From Candidatus Bathyarchaeum tardum (GTDB taxonomy: Archaea; Thermoproteota; Bathyarchaeia; Bathyarchaeales; Bathyarchaeaceae), in contig CP122380.1 of assembly GCA_024650005.2 (NCBI GenBank), forward strand, positions 864,001 through 928,000: a stretch of 64,000 bases of DNA, given 5' to 3'. Positions within the stretch are counted from its first letter, which is position 1; each line of letters starts with the position of its first letter. Shown piece after piece: positions 53,684 through 63,106 of this stretch. Position numbers and translations under genes: made by a program. Under the pieces are notes generated by a model. It searched no databases and was not told the origin of the DNA. It was given only the letters and a program-made list of their open reading frames with translations.

Positions 53684-55294
53684 ATGCCTAGGAAAAAATC
53701 TTCAACACAGCAAGAGAGTTTGGAAAAAAAGCAGTTTAGCCTCGAAGAAATCGTGGTTACCTTACAGGATGTTGGGGATGATGTTAAGAAAATTGTCAAG
53801 TTGAATTCAAAAGAAAAAGCTGTGGTGAACCAGTTCTTTGAGGTTCTGCAGCATGTGCCGCCGCAGATGTTTTCCCTTGATGTTTCTACGTCTGGGCTTC
53901 CTTTTAGGATGGGCGCCTTCAGTCAGGCACGGATAAATTCAGAAGGGCACCTGATGTTGACTTCTGGAGATGGATGCTTACAAGTTATCGACCTAACTGA
54001 AACAAAGAACCGCGATCTCATGATGGCAGTGTTTAGTGATATTATGCCTAAATTCAAAGATTTTGCTAGCCAATTTGAAACAGAAAAACTTCAGAAACCT
54101 GAACCCATTAAAGAAATACCTGAACCTGTTCCAGCACCTGAGGTAATACCGGAACCCCCAACTAGTTTGCCTGAACCCGAAGTCATTGTAGTGCCAGAGG
54201 AACCTGTTAATTTGACTCCTGTTGACCCTGAAATTGTACCTGAAGAAGTACCCGTTGACTTGAGTGAACCTGAAGTTGAAGTTGTGCCCGAAGTTCCAGT
54301 TTCAACGGTTATGGAAAAACCAAAACTTGAGGATGTTGTGGCGGAAACTTTGGAGTATCTGCACATGCTTGGTGAAGAGATATTTGACCAATCCCCTGTT
54401 AGTGTTTATTTTGATGACTGGTTGGTTAACCTTCGGCAAGTTATGGTTGCCTTTGAATCTAATGAGGCAGTAATTGTAGATGAGGTTTTCACCGATGAAG
54501 TAGAACAGATATACAACGACATCGAAGAGGAACTTGGTAACCGGCTGGTAGAAGAAGCTGAACTGGAAGCTTCATCAAAATCCCTTGAAAACAATAAGTA
54601 TATTCTACGGGAAATGGATAACGAATTTGCTGCTCAAACCGAAAAACTCCAAGTTAGAGGAAAAAGTGCCCTTGACTTTTTAATTAAAAACGTTCAACGC
54701 CTAGAGGATGAGCTAGAAAAAGTGAATCAAACAAAACCAAGCAACATCATCCGAAAGATTGCTTTGCGACAAAAGAAGTATGCGCTCACCCAGAAATTAA
54801 AATCTGCAAAATATCGATTGTCTGTTGCAACAGAAAATTCTGGTAATAATCAACAAAAAGGTGAAATTGGACAAAAGTCTGGTGTTCAAACAATTGAGTT
54901 TACTGTAAATGAAAACAGTTCCAAAGACGATTTGGTTAAAACCATTGGGCGCCTCGAAGAAGAACTTGCAAAAGAAAAGAAAGTCAAAACAAGTTTCTTG
55001 CAGCCTTTGAAGAAGCTTGCTCAGGAACAAAAAATATCCGAACTTAATCAAAGGTTGGATAATGCACGACATCTGGTGGCGTTAGCTGCACAAGAATCTG
55101 AAGTTGAAAAACAAAGAATGCGTAACGAATACGAAAAAAAGAAACAAGAAGCCATCAGTAAAGTGCAAAGTTTAGAAAAAGAAATCGAAACAAAACGAGT
55201 TGATACTTCTATAGCTGTCAGGAAAGAAGCCATTAAAGCTTTGGCAACTGCTGTAAACGCCCTTGTTCAAAGAAACGCTGAATCTGCAAAATAG
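53684..55294 (+). CDS. Hypothetical protein with Pro/Glu-rich linker and long coiled coils
   Basis: PEP/VPE-rich segment (~54090-54300); heptad-rich C-terminal half. Confidence 0.8.
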   Translation: MPRKKSSTQQESLEKKQFSLEEIVVTLQDVGDDVKKIVKLNSKEKAVVNQFFEVLQHVPPQMFSLDVSTSGLPFRMGAFSQARINSEGHLMLTSGDGCLQVIDLTETKNRDLMMAVFSDIMPKFKDFASQFETEKLQKPEPIKEIPEPVPAPEVIPEPPTSLPEPEVIVVPEEPVNLTPVDPEIVPEEVPVDLSEPEVEVVPEVPVSTVMEKPKLEDVVAETLEYLHMLGEEIFDQSPVSVYFDDWLVNLRQVMVAFESNEAVIVDEVFTDEVEQIYNDIEEELGNRLVEEAELEASSKSLENNKYILREMDNEFAAQTEKLQVRGKSALDFLIKNVQRLEDELEKVNQTKPSNIIRKIALRQKKYALTQKLKSAKYRLSVATENSGNNQQKGEIGQKSGVQTIEFTVNENSSKDDLVKTIGRLEEELAKEKKVKTSFLQPLKKLAQEQKISELNQRLDNARHLVALAAQESEVEKQRMRNEYEKKKQEAISKVQSLEKEIETKRVDTSIAVRKEAIKALATAVNALVQRNAESAK

Positions 55295-55315
55295 ACCTGT
55301 TCAGATTTTATTTTT

Positions 55316-55780
55316 TTAGCGTTGCTTGTTTAGGATTTGGCAGAATACGTCCACGTCGATATTGAAGCTTTGGCAAACTTCTACGATGCTTTGGGCGTAC
55401 ATTTGGAATATTTCTTCAATGGTTTTTTTTACAAGTTCAGGGGGAATTTCTTCTGTGGGTTTAAGAAACAGTATGAACCATCTTCCAAGGTTTGTTGGGA
55501 TATACCATTTAACTCTGACTTTTCGTTTTCCGGTTGTGAGTTGTTCCATGCCTTGTTCGAGAATATCTGCTGCAACCATTCGTTTTAGGTACTCGATTAT
55601 AGATTTGTTTGAATAATCAGTGTTTTTAATGAGATCTTTTTGGTATGTTCGTTTGTCTATCTTCATGTTCATTAGCAGGCTTTTGCCTACTTTGGACTGC
55701 AGGACACTCCAAACTAATCTACGTTTTTCATTTTCTAATGGAAACGGAATAATGTAATGCCAGACTTCATTGTCTCCCAT
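55316..55780 (-). CDS. Winged-helix DNA-binding protein
   Basis: TYQKDLI...YSNKSIIEYLKRMV..DIL...KWY.PT.LG. Confidence 0.8.
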   Translation of the reverse strand: MGDNEVWHYIIPFPLENEKRRLVWSVLQSKVGKSLLMNMKIDKRTYQKDLIKNTDYSNKSIIEYLKRMVAADILEQGMEQLTTGKRKVRVKWYIPTNLGRWFILFLKPTEEIPPELVKKTIEEIFQMYAQSIVEVCQSFNIDVDVFCQILNKQR

Positions 55781-55894
55781 CGTTTGAGAGCACCCCTTTC
55801 ATTATACTTGATGATTGTTAATAAGACTCTTGTTATATTCTGGATTCGGAATTCTTATTAATTGACATAATCAAGTTTTTAAGGTGAAGCAGTT

Positions 55895-57046
55895 ATGAAG
55901 GCTGATTCTGGACGAGTTGTTTTATTTAGTTGTTTACTAATTGTTTTGATTCTAGCCGTGCCTATAGTTGTTGCTGGTGTAACAGAATTTCAAATTGATT
56001 CAACTGACCTTCAAGTTTATCGTGATGGTCTTGTTCGGGTTACTCAAACTTTAACTGTTAATGAAACCTTGCCCGTGATTTCTTTTCCACTTTTGGGGGC
56101 TTATTCTGTTGACAATTTTATAGTCCTTGACGAAAACAACACATTTCTAGACTATGAAATCGGAGCCAGCAATCTCACTGTTTTTACTTTGGGCACAACC
56201 CGTGTTTCCGTGCAGTATGATACTCACTCTTTAACATCTAAAGACGCTGAAGTTTGGACATTACTTGTTAACACTCCATACAATGTGACCGTGTTTTTGC
56301 CTGAAGACTCTACAATTGTTTACTTGAATGGAGTGCCGGATTCAATTAATACTAATGGAAACACGATAAGTATGTCTTTGTTTGCCAGCCAATGGGAAAT
56401 CAGTTACACTTTTCCTTTGAATCCTCCTGCAAACTTTCTGGTCAGTAACCTAAAGGTCACGCCAGTTGAAATCAAACCCAACGAAGAAGTCACTGTTTCA
56501 GTTACTGTAACCAACATCGGCGGACAAACAGGTTCATACACTGTTCCTTTTATAGTCAACCAAGTAACTGAAGAAACAAAATCAGTAACCCTAGCAAAAG
56601 GAGATTCCACTTCTGTTGAATTTAAGGTCACTAAACAAACCCTTGGAACCTACAGCATTAACGTGGATGGACTTGTACAAACTTTTACAGTAACCGAAAC
56701 TCCAGCTATTCCAGTAGAACCTTCAGACTCGTTTCCAGCTGAATACTTGGTTGCTGTTGCAGTTGTTGCAGCTGTAATAATCACTTTATTGTTCTTTGTC
56801 ATGAAAAGAAAAGGTCCCTGCGCTGAGAATATTTTTAAGAATTATCCTCAGTTGAACCCCGAAGAAAAAGACGTTATACAATTCTTGTCAGACAATGACG
56901 GTAAAGCTTTCGAGTCTCAGGTTCGGGAAAAGTTTCCTAATATTCCCCGGACAAGTCTTTGGCGGTTAATTAAACGTTTAGAGCGTTTAGAAATCGTTAA
57001 AGTCAAGAAGATTGGACTTGAAAATCAAGTTGAACTAAAAAAATAA
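55895..57046 (+). CDS. Membrane-spanning regulator: extracellular beta/CARDB domains, TM, cytoplasmic wHTH
   Basis: Signal peptide; VTVSVTVTNIGGQTG; TM helix; LNPEEKDVI...ESQVR...PRTSLWRLIKRLERL. Confidence 0.82.
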   Translation: MKADSGRVVLFSCLLIVLILAVPIVVAGVTEFQIDSTDLQVYRDGLVRVTQTLTVNETLPVISFPLLGAYSVDNFIVLDENNTFLDYEIGASNLTVFTLGTTRVSVQYDTHSLTSKDAEVWTLLVNTPYNVTVFLPEDSTIVYLNGVPDSINTNGNTISMSLFASQWEISYTFPLNPPANFLVSNLKVTPVEIKPNEEVTVSVTVTNIGGQTGSYTVPFIVNQVTEETKSVTLAKGDSTSVEFKVTKQTLGTYSINVDGLVQTFTVTETPAIPVEPSDSFPAEYLVAVAVVAAVIITLLFFVMKRKGPCAENIFKNYPQLNPEEKDVIQFLSDNDGKAFESQVREKFPNIPRTSLWRLIKRLERLEIVKVKKIGLENQVELKK

Positions 57047-57061
57047 CAAAAAAATAAAGTT

Positions 57062-58108
57062 TTAGCGGCTGTTTCCGCCGCCCATGTTTCCAAAGCCACT
57101 GCCGTTTCCGGGCATGGTTTGTTTGCCGTTGAATCCTGGATGTTCAATCAACGAGTTGTCCATGTTTCTGATAACTTGACCGATTTCTTTCAAAGTTTCG
57201 ATTGCGTCTTTAACGTTTTTTGCATCTTGTGCATTTTGGATCATTTCTTGGAACTGTGCCATAAATTCTTCTTCATTTTGGTAACCTAACCTTTGAAGGA
57301 ATTCGTCAATATCTGCGACATTGTTCCATACTGTTCTGATTCTTTCCCGAACTCGTTCCCGGTGCTGGTATGCTTTCTCAATGTAGCTTCGTATTCGACC
57401 CCAGTTTAGGTCTTGAGCTATTCCCCTTAGATCCCTACAGACTTCACTGATCAATGCATTTGCATCTTGTAAGTTATCTCTTGCTCCTTCAATTTCATCT
57501 GGCAACATGTCAGTTGCTGCATTTAGTAAATCTTCGGCGTCAGCCAATTTTTGAAGCATTTCTTCATCAGCAAGTAAAGCTTGGAGTTCTGCTACTTTAG
57601 CTAATGAACGTTCTATAGCTTCTTGAAATGTTTCAGCATCGCATGCTGGGCACGGCTCTACACCAACGTCAAGTAGAATTCCATTAATTGCTCTAAGAAC
57701 ATCACGGAATATTTCTAAAGCCTCGCGGGCGTTGTCGATCACTTCTTCAAAGTCTTCGGTTTCTACTGCAACTAACAATCTTTCTTGGGCTGAGTTAAGT
57801 GCTTCCCATCCTTTGCCATTTTCAGTTGCTGCCACGCTGTTGACTATTGTTCCTTCTTCTACACAAAGGAAAACGTTTCCATAGAAATCATCATCTAATT
57901 CTGCGGCTACAATTAGCTCCATTATCGTGTCGTTTGCTTCGGTTGTTTGTATCAAGTCCAATACTGCATCTGAAGCGTTTTCTGCAATGTTCACCATTCT
58001 TTCAGCCTTGGTTTCTACGTTCTGAGCTGAGAAATATGCTGATGCCGGTGCAACCATTACAGCGACTGTTACTAAAATCATCAAGATGGCTATTTTTTTT
58101 GTTCTCAT
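57062..58108 (-). CDS. Secreted all-alpha acidic protein
   Basis: Signal peptide; helical repeats; Gly-rich tail. Confidence 0.75.
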   Translation of the reverse strand: MRTKKIAILMILVTVAVMVAPASAYFSAQNVETKAERMVNIAENASDAVLDLIQTTEANDTIMELIVAAELDDDFYGNVFLCVEEGTIVNSVAATENGKGWEALNSAQERLLVAVETEDFEEVIDNAREALEIFRDVLRAINGILLDVGVEPCPACDAETFQEAIERSLAKVAELQALLADEEMLQKLADAEDLLNAATDMLPDEIEGARDNLQDANALISEVCRDLRGIAQDLNWGRIRSYIEKAYQHRERVRERIRTVWNNVADIDEFLQRLGYQNEEEFMAQFQEMIQNAQDAKNVKDAIETLKEIGQVIRNMDNSLIEHPGFNGKQTMPGNGSGFGNMGGGNSR

Positions 58109-58276
58109 TGTTTTTTCACTACTAACATTACTGGTTAACGTTTAAGTTAAGGGACACTGCGGTATAGGCATTTCAAATGTTGAAACGCTCATTTCATGTT
58201 CATAGAATGCGAAACCGATTTATGTTTTTATCTAACCTTGCATTTACGTTAGATGCGAATAAAGGAAACCTGACTC

Positions 58277-59872
58277 ATGCCTGAAAAAATTATTGGACAC
58301 GGAACATGGTACGACAAAACTGCCCAAAAAATCGTGGAACGAGAACGCAAACTAGGTCGAAGCCTAGACCTAATCCGAACAGAAAGCGGCTTGGGGGCAT
58401 CTGGTTTTCCTCATATTGGCAGTTTTGCTGACTGCGCCCGTTCGTATGCGGTGGCTCTTGCCCTTCAAGATCAAGGCATCAACGCTGAGTATGTTGCCTT
58501 TGCTGACGACTTGGACGGTTTAAGAAAAGTTCCTGCAGGACTACCCGATTCTTTGAGTAAATATTTGGGTTATCCTGTTACTTCGATTCCTGACCTTTAC
58601 GGATGCCATGACAGTTTTGGCGAACACATGACCAGTCTGCTTTTAGAATCTTTGGACGAAAGTGGAATCAAATACACTTTCAAGTCTGCCAAAAAATCTT
58701 ATGAACAAGGCTTGTTTGTTGACCAAATTCGTGCCATATTGATGAACGCCCAACAAGTAGGTGAAATAGTAAAAGATGAAGTTGGCCAAGAAAAATTTGT
58801 TGATGTCCTTCCATATTTTCCGATTTGCAGTAAATGTGGTCGCATCTACACTACCAAAGCTCAAAAGTTTTTGCCTGACGAAAACAAGGTCCTGTACGCC
58901 TGTGAAGGACTAGAAGTGCGCGGAAACTATCTTGAAGGCTGTGGACATAAGGGCGAAGCAGACATTACCAAAGCTGAAGGAAAACTTGGCTGGAAAGTAG
59001 AGTTTGCTGCTCGCTGGAATGCGTTGGACATTCGGTTTGAGCCCTTTGGTAAAGACATTTCTGATTCTGTCCGGGTCAACGACCGTATATGCAAAGAAAT
59101 CTTTGATTGGGCTCCTCCTGCTCATGCCCGTTATGAAATGTATCTGGATAAGAGCGGAAAAAAAATCAGCAAATCTGCAGGGAATGTTTTCACTCCTCAG
59201 GTTTGGTTCCGGTATGGGTCTCCCCAGTCTTTGTTGTTATTAACTTTGAAGCGGTTTGTAGGCGCCAGAAGCCTTTCTGTTACTGACATTCCCCAGTACA
59301 TGAAAGAAATTGACGAACTAGAGGACGTTTACTTTGGTCGTAAGATTATTTCAGATGAGAAAGAGAAAGCAAAGCTTGTTGGTTTATACACTTATTGTAT
59401 GCTGTTTAATGTACCCAAGAAAATGAGTGAGCACGTGCCCTACAACCTGTTAACCTTTTTGGCGAAGATGGCTCCTGAATGTTCAGAAACCGAGTTTATC
59501 ATGGATAAGCTTCAAGGGTACAGATACGGAAAAGAAGGACTAACCGACGATCTTAAATGCAGAATCAATTACGCCCTTAACTGGTCTAAAGACTTCAACG
59601 AAATAACTGAACAAACCATCGAGTTAACAGAACAAGAAAAAACAGCCCTAAAAGAACTGGTTCCAGTATTAAATGCTGACGCAACAGAAGACGAAATCCA
59701 AACAGGTATATTCAATGTTGCACGAAATAACGACATTAAACCTGGAAAATTCTTCAAAGTATTGTACAAGATTCTTTTGGGTGCTCCGCAAGGTCCACGC
59801 CTTGGTCCATACGTTCTTGCCATGGGAAAAGAAAACGTAATTGATGCCCTAAAACGAGCAATAAAAGAATAA
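58277..59872 (+). CDS. lysS: Lysyl-tRNA synthetase, class I
   Basis: ASGFPHIGS (HIGH), DGLRKVP, GKLGWKVEFAARW, KISKSAGN (KMSKS), GPRLG. Confidence 0.97.
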   Translation: MPEKIIGHGTWYDKTAQKIVERERKLGRSLDLIRTESGLGASGFPHIGSFADCARSYAVALALQDQGINAEYVAFADDLDGLRKVPAGLPDSLSKYLGYPVTSIPDLYGCHDSFGEHMTSLLLESLDESGIKYTFKSAKKSYEQGLFVDQIRAILMNAQQVGEIVKDEVGQEKFVDVLPYFPICSKCGRIYTTKAQKFLPDENKVLYACEGLEVRGNYLEGCGHKGEADITKAEGKLGWKVEFAARWNALDIRFEPFGKDISDSVRVNDRICKEIFDWAPPAHARYEMYLDKSGKKISKSAGNVFTPQVWFRYGSPQSLLLLTLKRFVGARSLSVTDIPQYMKEIDELEDVYFGRKIISDEKEKAKLVGLYTYCMLFNVPKKMSEHVPYNLLTFLAKMAPECSETEFIMDKLQGYRYGKEGLTDDLKCRINYALNWSKDFNEITEQTIELTEQEKTALKELVPVLNADATEDEIQTGIFNVARNNDIKPGKFFKVLYKILLGAPQGPRLGPYVLAMGKENVIDALKRAIKE

Positions 59873-59917
59873 TCTAAAATTCTTGAATTCCAAATTATTT
59901 TAAGAAGCAAATCACGT

Positions 59918-59992
59918 GCGGTCGTAGTCTAGCGGTTAGGACCCCGGCTTCCCAAGCCGGGTACTCGGGTTCAAATCCCGGCGGCCGCACCA
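59918..59992 (+). tRNA. tRNA-Gly(CCC), intronless, CCA encoded
   Basis: Acceptor GCGGTCG/CGGCCGC-A-CCA; anticodon arm CCGGC-TTCCCAA-GCCGG; T arm GGTTCAAATCC. Confidence 0.96.
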
Positions 59993-60075
59993 CTCTAAAA
60001 GCGAATACGTACCATTCTGTACTTTTTCACCTTCCCCTCTTTTTTTGTTTAATGGAATTTTTGGAGCACTAAATT

Positions 60076-60198
60076 ATGAGTAATCAGAAGATTTCTTGTG
60101 AAGGCTGCGGATCCAAATGGGCTGTGATCGGTGTTGGTAATCAGATCTTAGCTAGGCTTGTTGAGTGCCCTTTGTGTTCTGAAGAAAAGTTGACTTGA
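60076..60198 (+). CDS. 40-aa zinc-finger micro-protein (not in ORF track)
   Basis: MSNQKISCEGCGSKWAVIGVGNQILARLVECPLCSEEKLT; upstream GGAG. Confidence 0.6.
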   Translation: MSNQKISCEGCGSKWAVIGVGNQILARLVECPLCSEEKLT

Positions 60199-60220
60199 TT
60201 TTCTAGAGGAGTCTTCTATT

Positions 60221-61147
60221 TTGACTCGTAAGACAGGAAAAAGACAGGTTCAACGTGTTAAACGAGTTAAACACGATTTTTTAACTCTAGCAGATGCAGT
60301 TCCTCTCACAAAGAAGGGCTTGCAGATTTTGAAGTTGTTGGGGGCAGGAAATCCGGCAATTAAAGTAGCAAATATTGTTGGTTGTAGTCGTTCTAATGTT
60401 TGTTATTGGAAAAACAAGTTCCTAACTATGGGGGCAATTAAGCTTCAGGTTCGAGATGCTGTTCATATTTATTGTCTTACGCCTTATGGTTCAAAGGTTC
60501 TCACTACGGGTGAGGGCTACTTTCCTGAAGTTTGCTGTCTAGAAGATTATGCGATAAAGTTTGAAGTCAAAGAATGGGAACATGTTCCCTTGAATTGGAA
60601 AAGGTTAGGTCGTCCAAGGAACTGGGAAAAACTAGGAGTAAAAATTGGCAACGTCCGAGTGGTACGGACGAGTAAGAGTGTTATTGTTCATCCTGGACGG
60701 TTACGCGGCTTTGATGTAGACGAGTTGCTAATGCTTAGTGGAAGAATAGTGGAAAGAGTTCGTATCGTTTTAGAGAACAGGTTTGGTTTAGTTCTAAGCG
60801 AAGTTGGGGTTCCGTTGCATCAGCCAATTACAAGATTTTATAGTGAAGAAGCAGGAGGACTCGTTAAATTAGGAACAACCATAGTCGAAAACGTAGGATC
60901 CATAGACAACAGTCCGCCTGAACGGGTTCCTCATGAAGAGTATGTTGGAAAAGATTTAGCCAAAGCGAGGTTGTTGATGCCTTTGAAGTTGTCTCGGCTT
61001 GAGCAGCGAGTTGAAGATATTGAAAAAAAACTTACAAAATTAAGTGAGAACGTAGATGAACTGGTTTCTGTACTAAAGACCGCTTTAATACCTATATTCA
61101 AGGGAGAATATTCTTTGCCCTTAAAGGATGAGCGGCATATTTCTTGA
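60221..61147 (+). CDS. wHTH protein with uncharacterised beta-rich domain and coiled-coil tail (mobile-element type)
   Basis: AIKVANIVGCSRSNVCYW...YCLTPYG (wHTH); IDNSP...HEEY; C-terminal coiled coil. Confidence 0.7.
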   Translation: MTRKTGKRQVQRVKRVKHDFLTLADAVPLTKKGLQILKLLGAGNPAIKVANIVGCSRSNVCYWKNKFLTMGAIKLQVRDAVHIYCLTPYGSKVLTTGEGYFPEVCCLEDYAIKFEVKEWEHVPLNWKRLGRPRNWEKLGVKIGNVRVVRTSKSVIVHPGRLRGFDVDELLMLSGRIVERVRIVLENRFGLVLSEVGVPLHQPITRFYSEEAGGLVKLGTTIVENVGSIDNSPPERVPHEEYVGKDLAKARLLMPLKLSRLEQRVEDIEKKLTKLSENVDELVSVLKTALIPIFKGEYSLPLKDERHIS

Positions 61148-61170
61148 TTGTTTTTTCTACATTTAATTAA

Positions 61171-62109
61171 CTATTCAGATGCTTTTTCTGCTATTTTTTG
61201 GATAATTTTTTGTAGAGTTAGTTTGAGTTTTTCAAGGAACTGGAAAAAGTCTTTCTCGTCAATATATTGCAACAACAGCTCTTTTTCTTCACCCCATCTG
61301 AAAAGTGGAAATGTTCCTAGTTCTTTTTTGTTTTCGAAATTCTTTCTGTATTTTTTATACAATTCTAGCATGAACTTTGTTTTACAAACAATTGAATCAA
61401 TCATTTCTTCTATGTCAATTCTGTATCTTTTTGAAATGAGGTAAACATCAAGAAAATCTCGTGCTTTGGTTCCCTGCCGTATAAGTATAGACCGAATTTT
61501 CTCGCAAAAAATTTCTTTGATATCATAAACATCAACGGTTATTTTATGCAAATAATCCTCATATTCTGGAAACATCAATAGCAACTCTTCGTTTTGTTCT
61601 GTCAGCAATGATTTCAGTTCTGCCTTCTTAGAAGTAAGAAGTAGTTTTTCAACAAAATTTATCTGAACCTTCATGAAACTTTCGCGGTCAAGTACCTCAG
61701 ATGTGTACCAGATTTTGAAGGTACAGAATTTGTTTCCGCCGCCCAGTTCTACAAATTTTGTGTTATTTTTTGCGCATTTAAAATTAAGGTCGCGTTTAGC
61801 TGATATTTTTTCGAACAGCTCTCCGAGGTTATCAATAATTTTGGACAAGGTTCGTCGGATCTCTTTTTGGGATTTGCCCTGCAAGATTGTCTGGTTTTTC
61901 CAAGTGAAATCTATGTCTTCTGAAAATCGGTAATATCCCAGATAATGTTTTATGAGGCAAGTTCCACCTTTGAAGACGAAGTTTTCAGAAAAGAATTTGT
62001 CGTTTGAGAGGTCAGACAGTATCTGGTGGAGGATGAGGTCTTTTTCTATCATGTCTACTCTTTTTATCTTTTGGATTCTGCTTACTTGGTTAACAAAATC
62101 TTTTCTCAT
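61171..62109 (-). CDS. abiEii: AbiEii-family nucleotidyltransferase toxin (type IV TA)
   Basis: IEKD; FKGGTCL..HY..YYRFSEDIDF; EKIRS...R..KARDFLD. Confidence 0.93.
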   Translation of the reverse strand: MRKDFVNQVSRIQKIKRVDMIEKDLILHQILSDLSNDKFFSENFVFKGGTCLIKHYLGYYRFSEDIDFTWKNQTILQGKSQKEIRRTLSKIIDNLGELFEKISAKRDLNFKCAKNNTKFVELGGGNKFCTFKIWYTSEVLDRESFMKVQINFVEKLLLTSKKAELKSLLTEQNEELLLMFPEYEDYLHKITVDVYDIKEIFCEKIRSILIRQGTKARDFLDVYLISKRYRIDIEEMIDSIVCKTKFMLELYKKYRKNFENKKELGTFPLFRWGEEKELLLQYIDEKDFFQFLEKLKLTLQKIIQKIAEKASE

Positions 62110-62753
62110 CTGACTACCTCACATGTTATGTCTTGTATAGTCTTGGGATAATTCTTAGAGTATTCCTTGATTTTGAGTTTTGACAGGTTCTTAGACCATT
62201 CTGAGATGTCGGAAACTATTTTTTCTTTAGGGATTCCGTTATATGTCCACCTATACATGAAGTCCAGAATTGTTTTTTCCGGATCAGAATATGTAATTTT
62301 GTTCTTGATTATGCCAAATCGAATGAGGGATGACTTTAGTTTCACAAATTTGAATTTGTAGCCAGCTATGTTTATTGGTTTGGCGCGAAAGATTTTGTCG
62401 CTGACCACATAGTCTATTGTGAAATGTTCATAGGTCATGTTATTGAGTTTAAGAGCGGTGTTTAGTCCGAAATACCAGTTTTTTACTTGTTTTAATTCCA
62501 GTCCTTTGGCGACCAGTTCTAGGTGATTGTATTTGGTTTTCCCTAGTTTAAGTTCATCTAGAGATTTGACGTAGAAGATTCCTTTGAAAATTCTTGTCAA
62601 GTGCCCGCGTGAAACAAAATGCCCTATAGCAGATTTGTAATTTAGGTTCATTTTTCTGCACAAGGCTTTAAGATCTTCAGAGGTAACAAATTCTTTGTTG
62701 TCTCTTCTGAGCTTTTTAAGAAGCAGGCTTTCTTTCATATTACAATACACCAT
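62106..62753 (-). CDS. abiEi: AbiEi-family antitoxin/transcriptional regulator
   Basis: wHTH 'RGHLTRIFKGIFYV'; WYFGLNTAL; YSDPEKTILD; ATGA overlap with abiEii. Confidence 0.9.
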   Translation of the reverse strand: MVYCNMKESLLLKKLRRDNKEFVTSEDLKALCRKMNLNYKSAIGHFVSRGHLTRIFKGIFYVKSLDELKLGKTKYNHLELVAKGLELKQVKNWYFGLNTALKLNNMTYEHFTIDYVVSDKIFRAKPINIAGYKFKFVKLKSSLIRFGIIKNKITYSDPEKTILDFMYRWTYNGIPKEKIVSDISEWSKNLSKLKIKEYSKNYPKTIQDITCEVVR

Positions 62754-62763
62754 TTTTGGTTTG

Positions 62764-62781
62764 TTATGATATATATCATAA
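62764..62781. promoter_or_regulatory. Perfect 18-bp palindrome in the abiE promoter (putative AbiEi operator)
   Basis: TTATGATATATATCATAA, between the abiEi start and a minus-strand TTTAAAT TATA-like box at ~62789-62795. Confidence 0.65.
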
Positions 62782-62798
62782 AACCATTATTTAAAGCA

Positions 62799-63101
62799 AT
62801 CAGCCACTTACCATGGTTTTACAGTGAAGAAGCAGGAGAACTAGTTAAACTAGGAACAACCATAGTCGAAGACGTAGGATCCATCGACAACAGTCTCCCC
62901 GAACGTGTACCCCACGAAGAATACATAGGAAAAGATCTAGCCAAAGCAAGACTACTAATGCCCCTAAAAATATTCGAGCTCCAAAAGCAAGTTCAGGACC
63001 TGCAAAATGACATGCAGCAGCTGGTTCAGGTTCTAAAGGAAGCCATAGTACCTAGGGATACTCATTCAGTTTCTTTGAAAGATAGGAACTATATTTCTTG
63101 A
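62799..63101 (+). pseudogene. Orphan 3' fragment duplicating 60819..61147
   Basis: FYSEEAGxLVKLGTTIVExVGSIDNSxPERVPHEEYxGKDLAKARLLMPLK shared; both end LKDxxxIS*; 1-nt indel at the 5' edge of homology. Confidence 0.85.
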
Positions 63102-63106
63102 ATGGT

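Noticed and set aside
54090-54300. CCTGAA-rich stretch as a DNA repeat element
   Set aside because: It is explained by the Pro/Glu-rich coding linker.
62766-62798. N-terminus of the 111-aa ORF 62766..63101 as a real gene start
   Set aside because: The ATG lies within the abiE operator palindrome, and homology to the full gene starts only at ~62799 with an indel.
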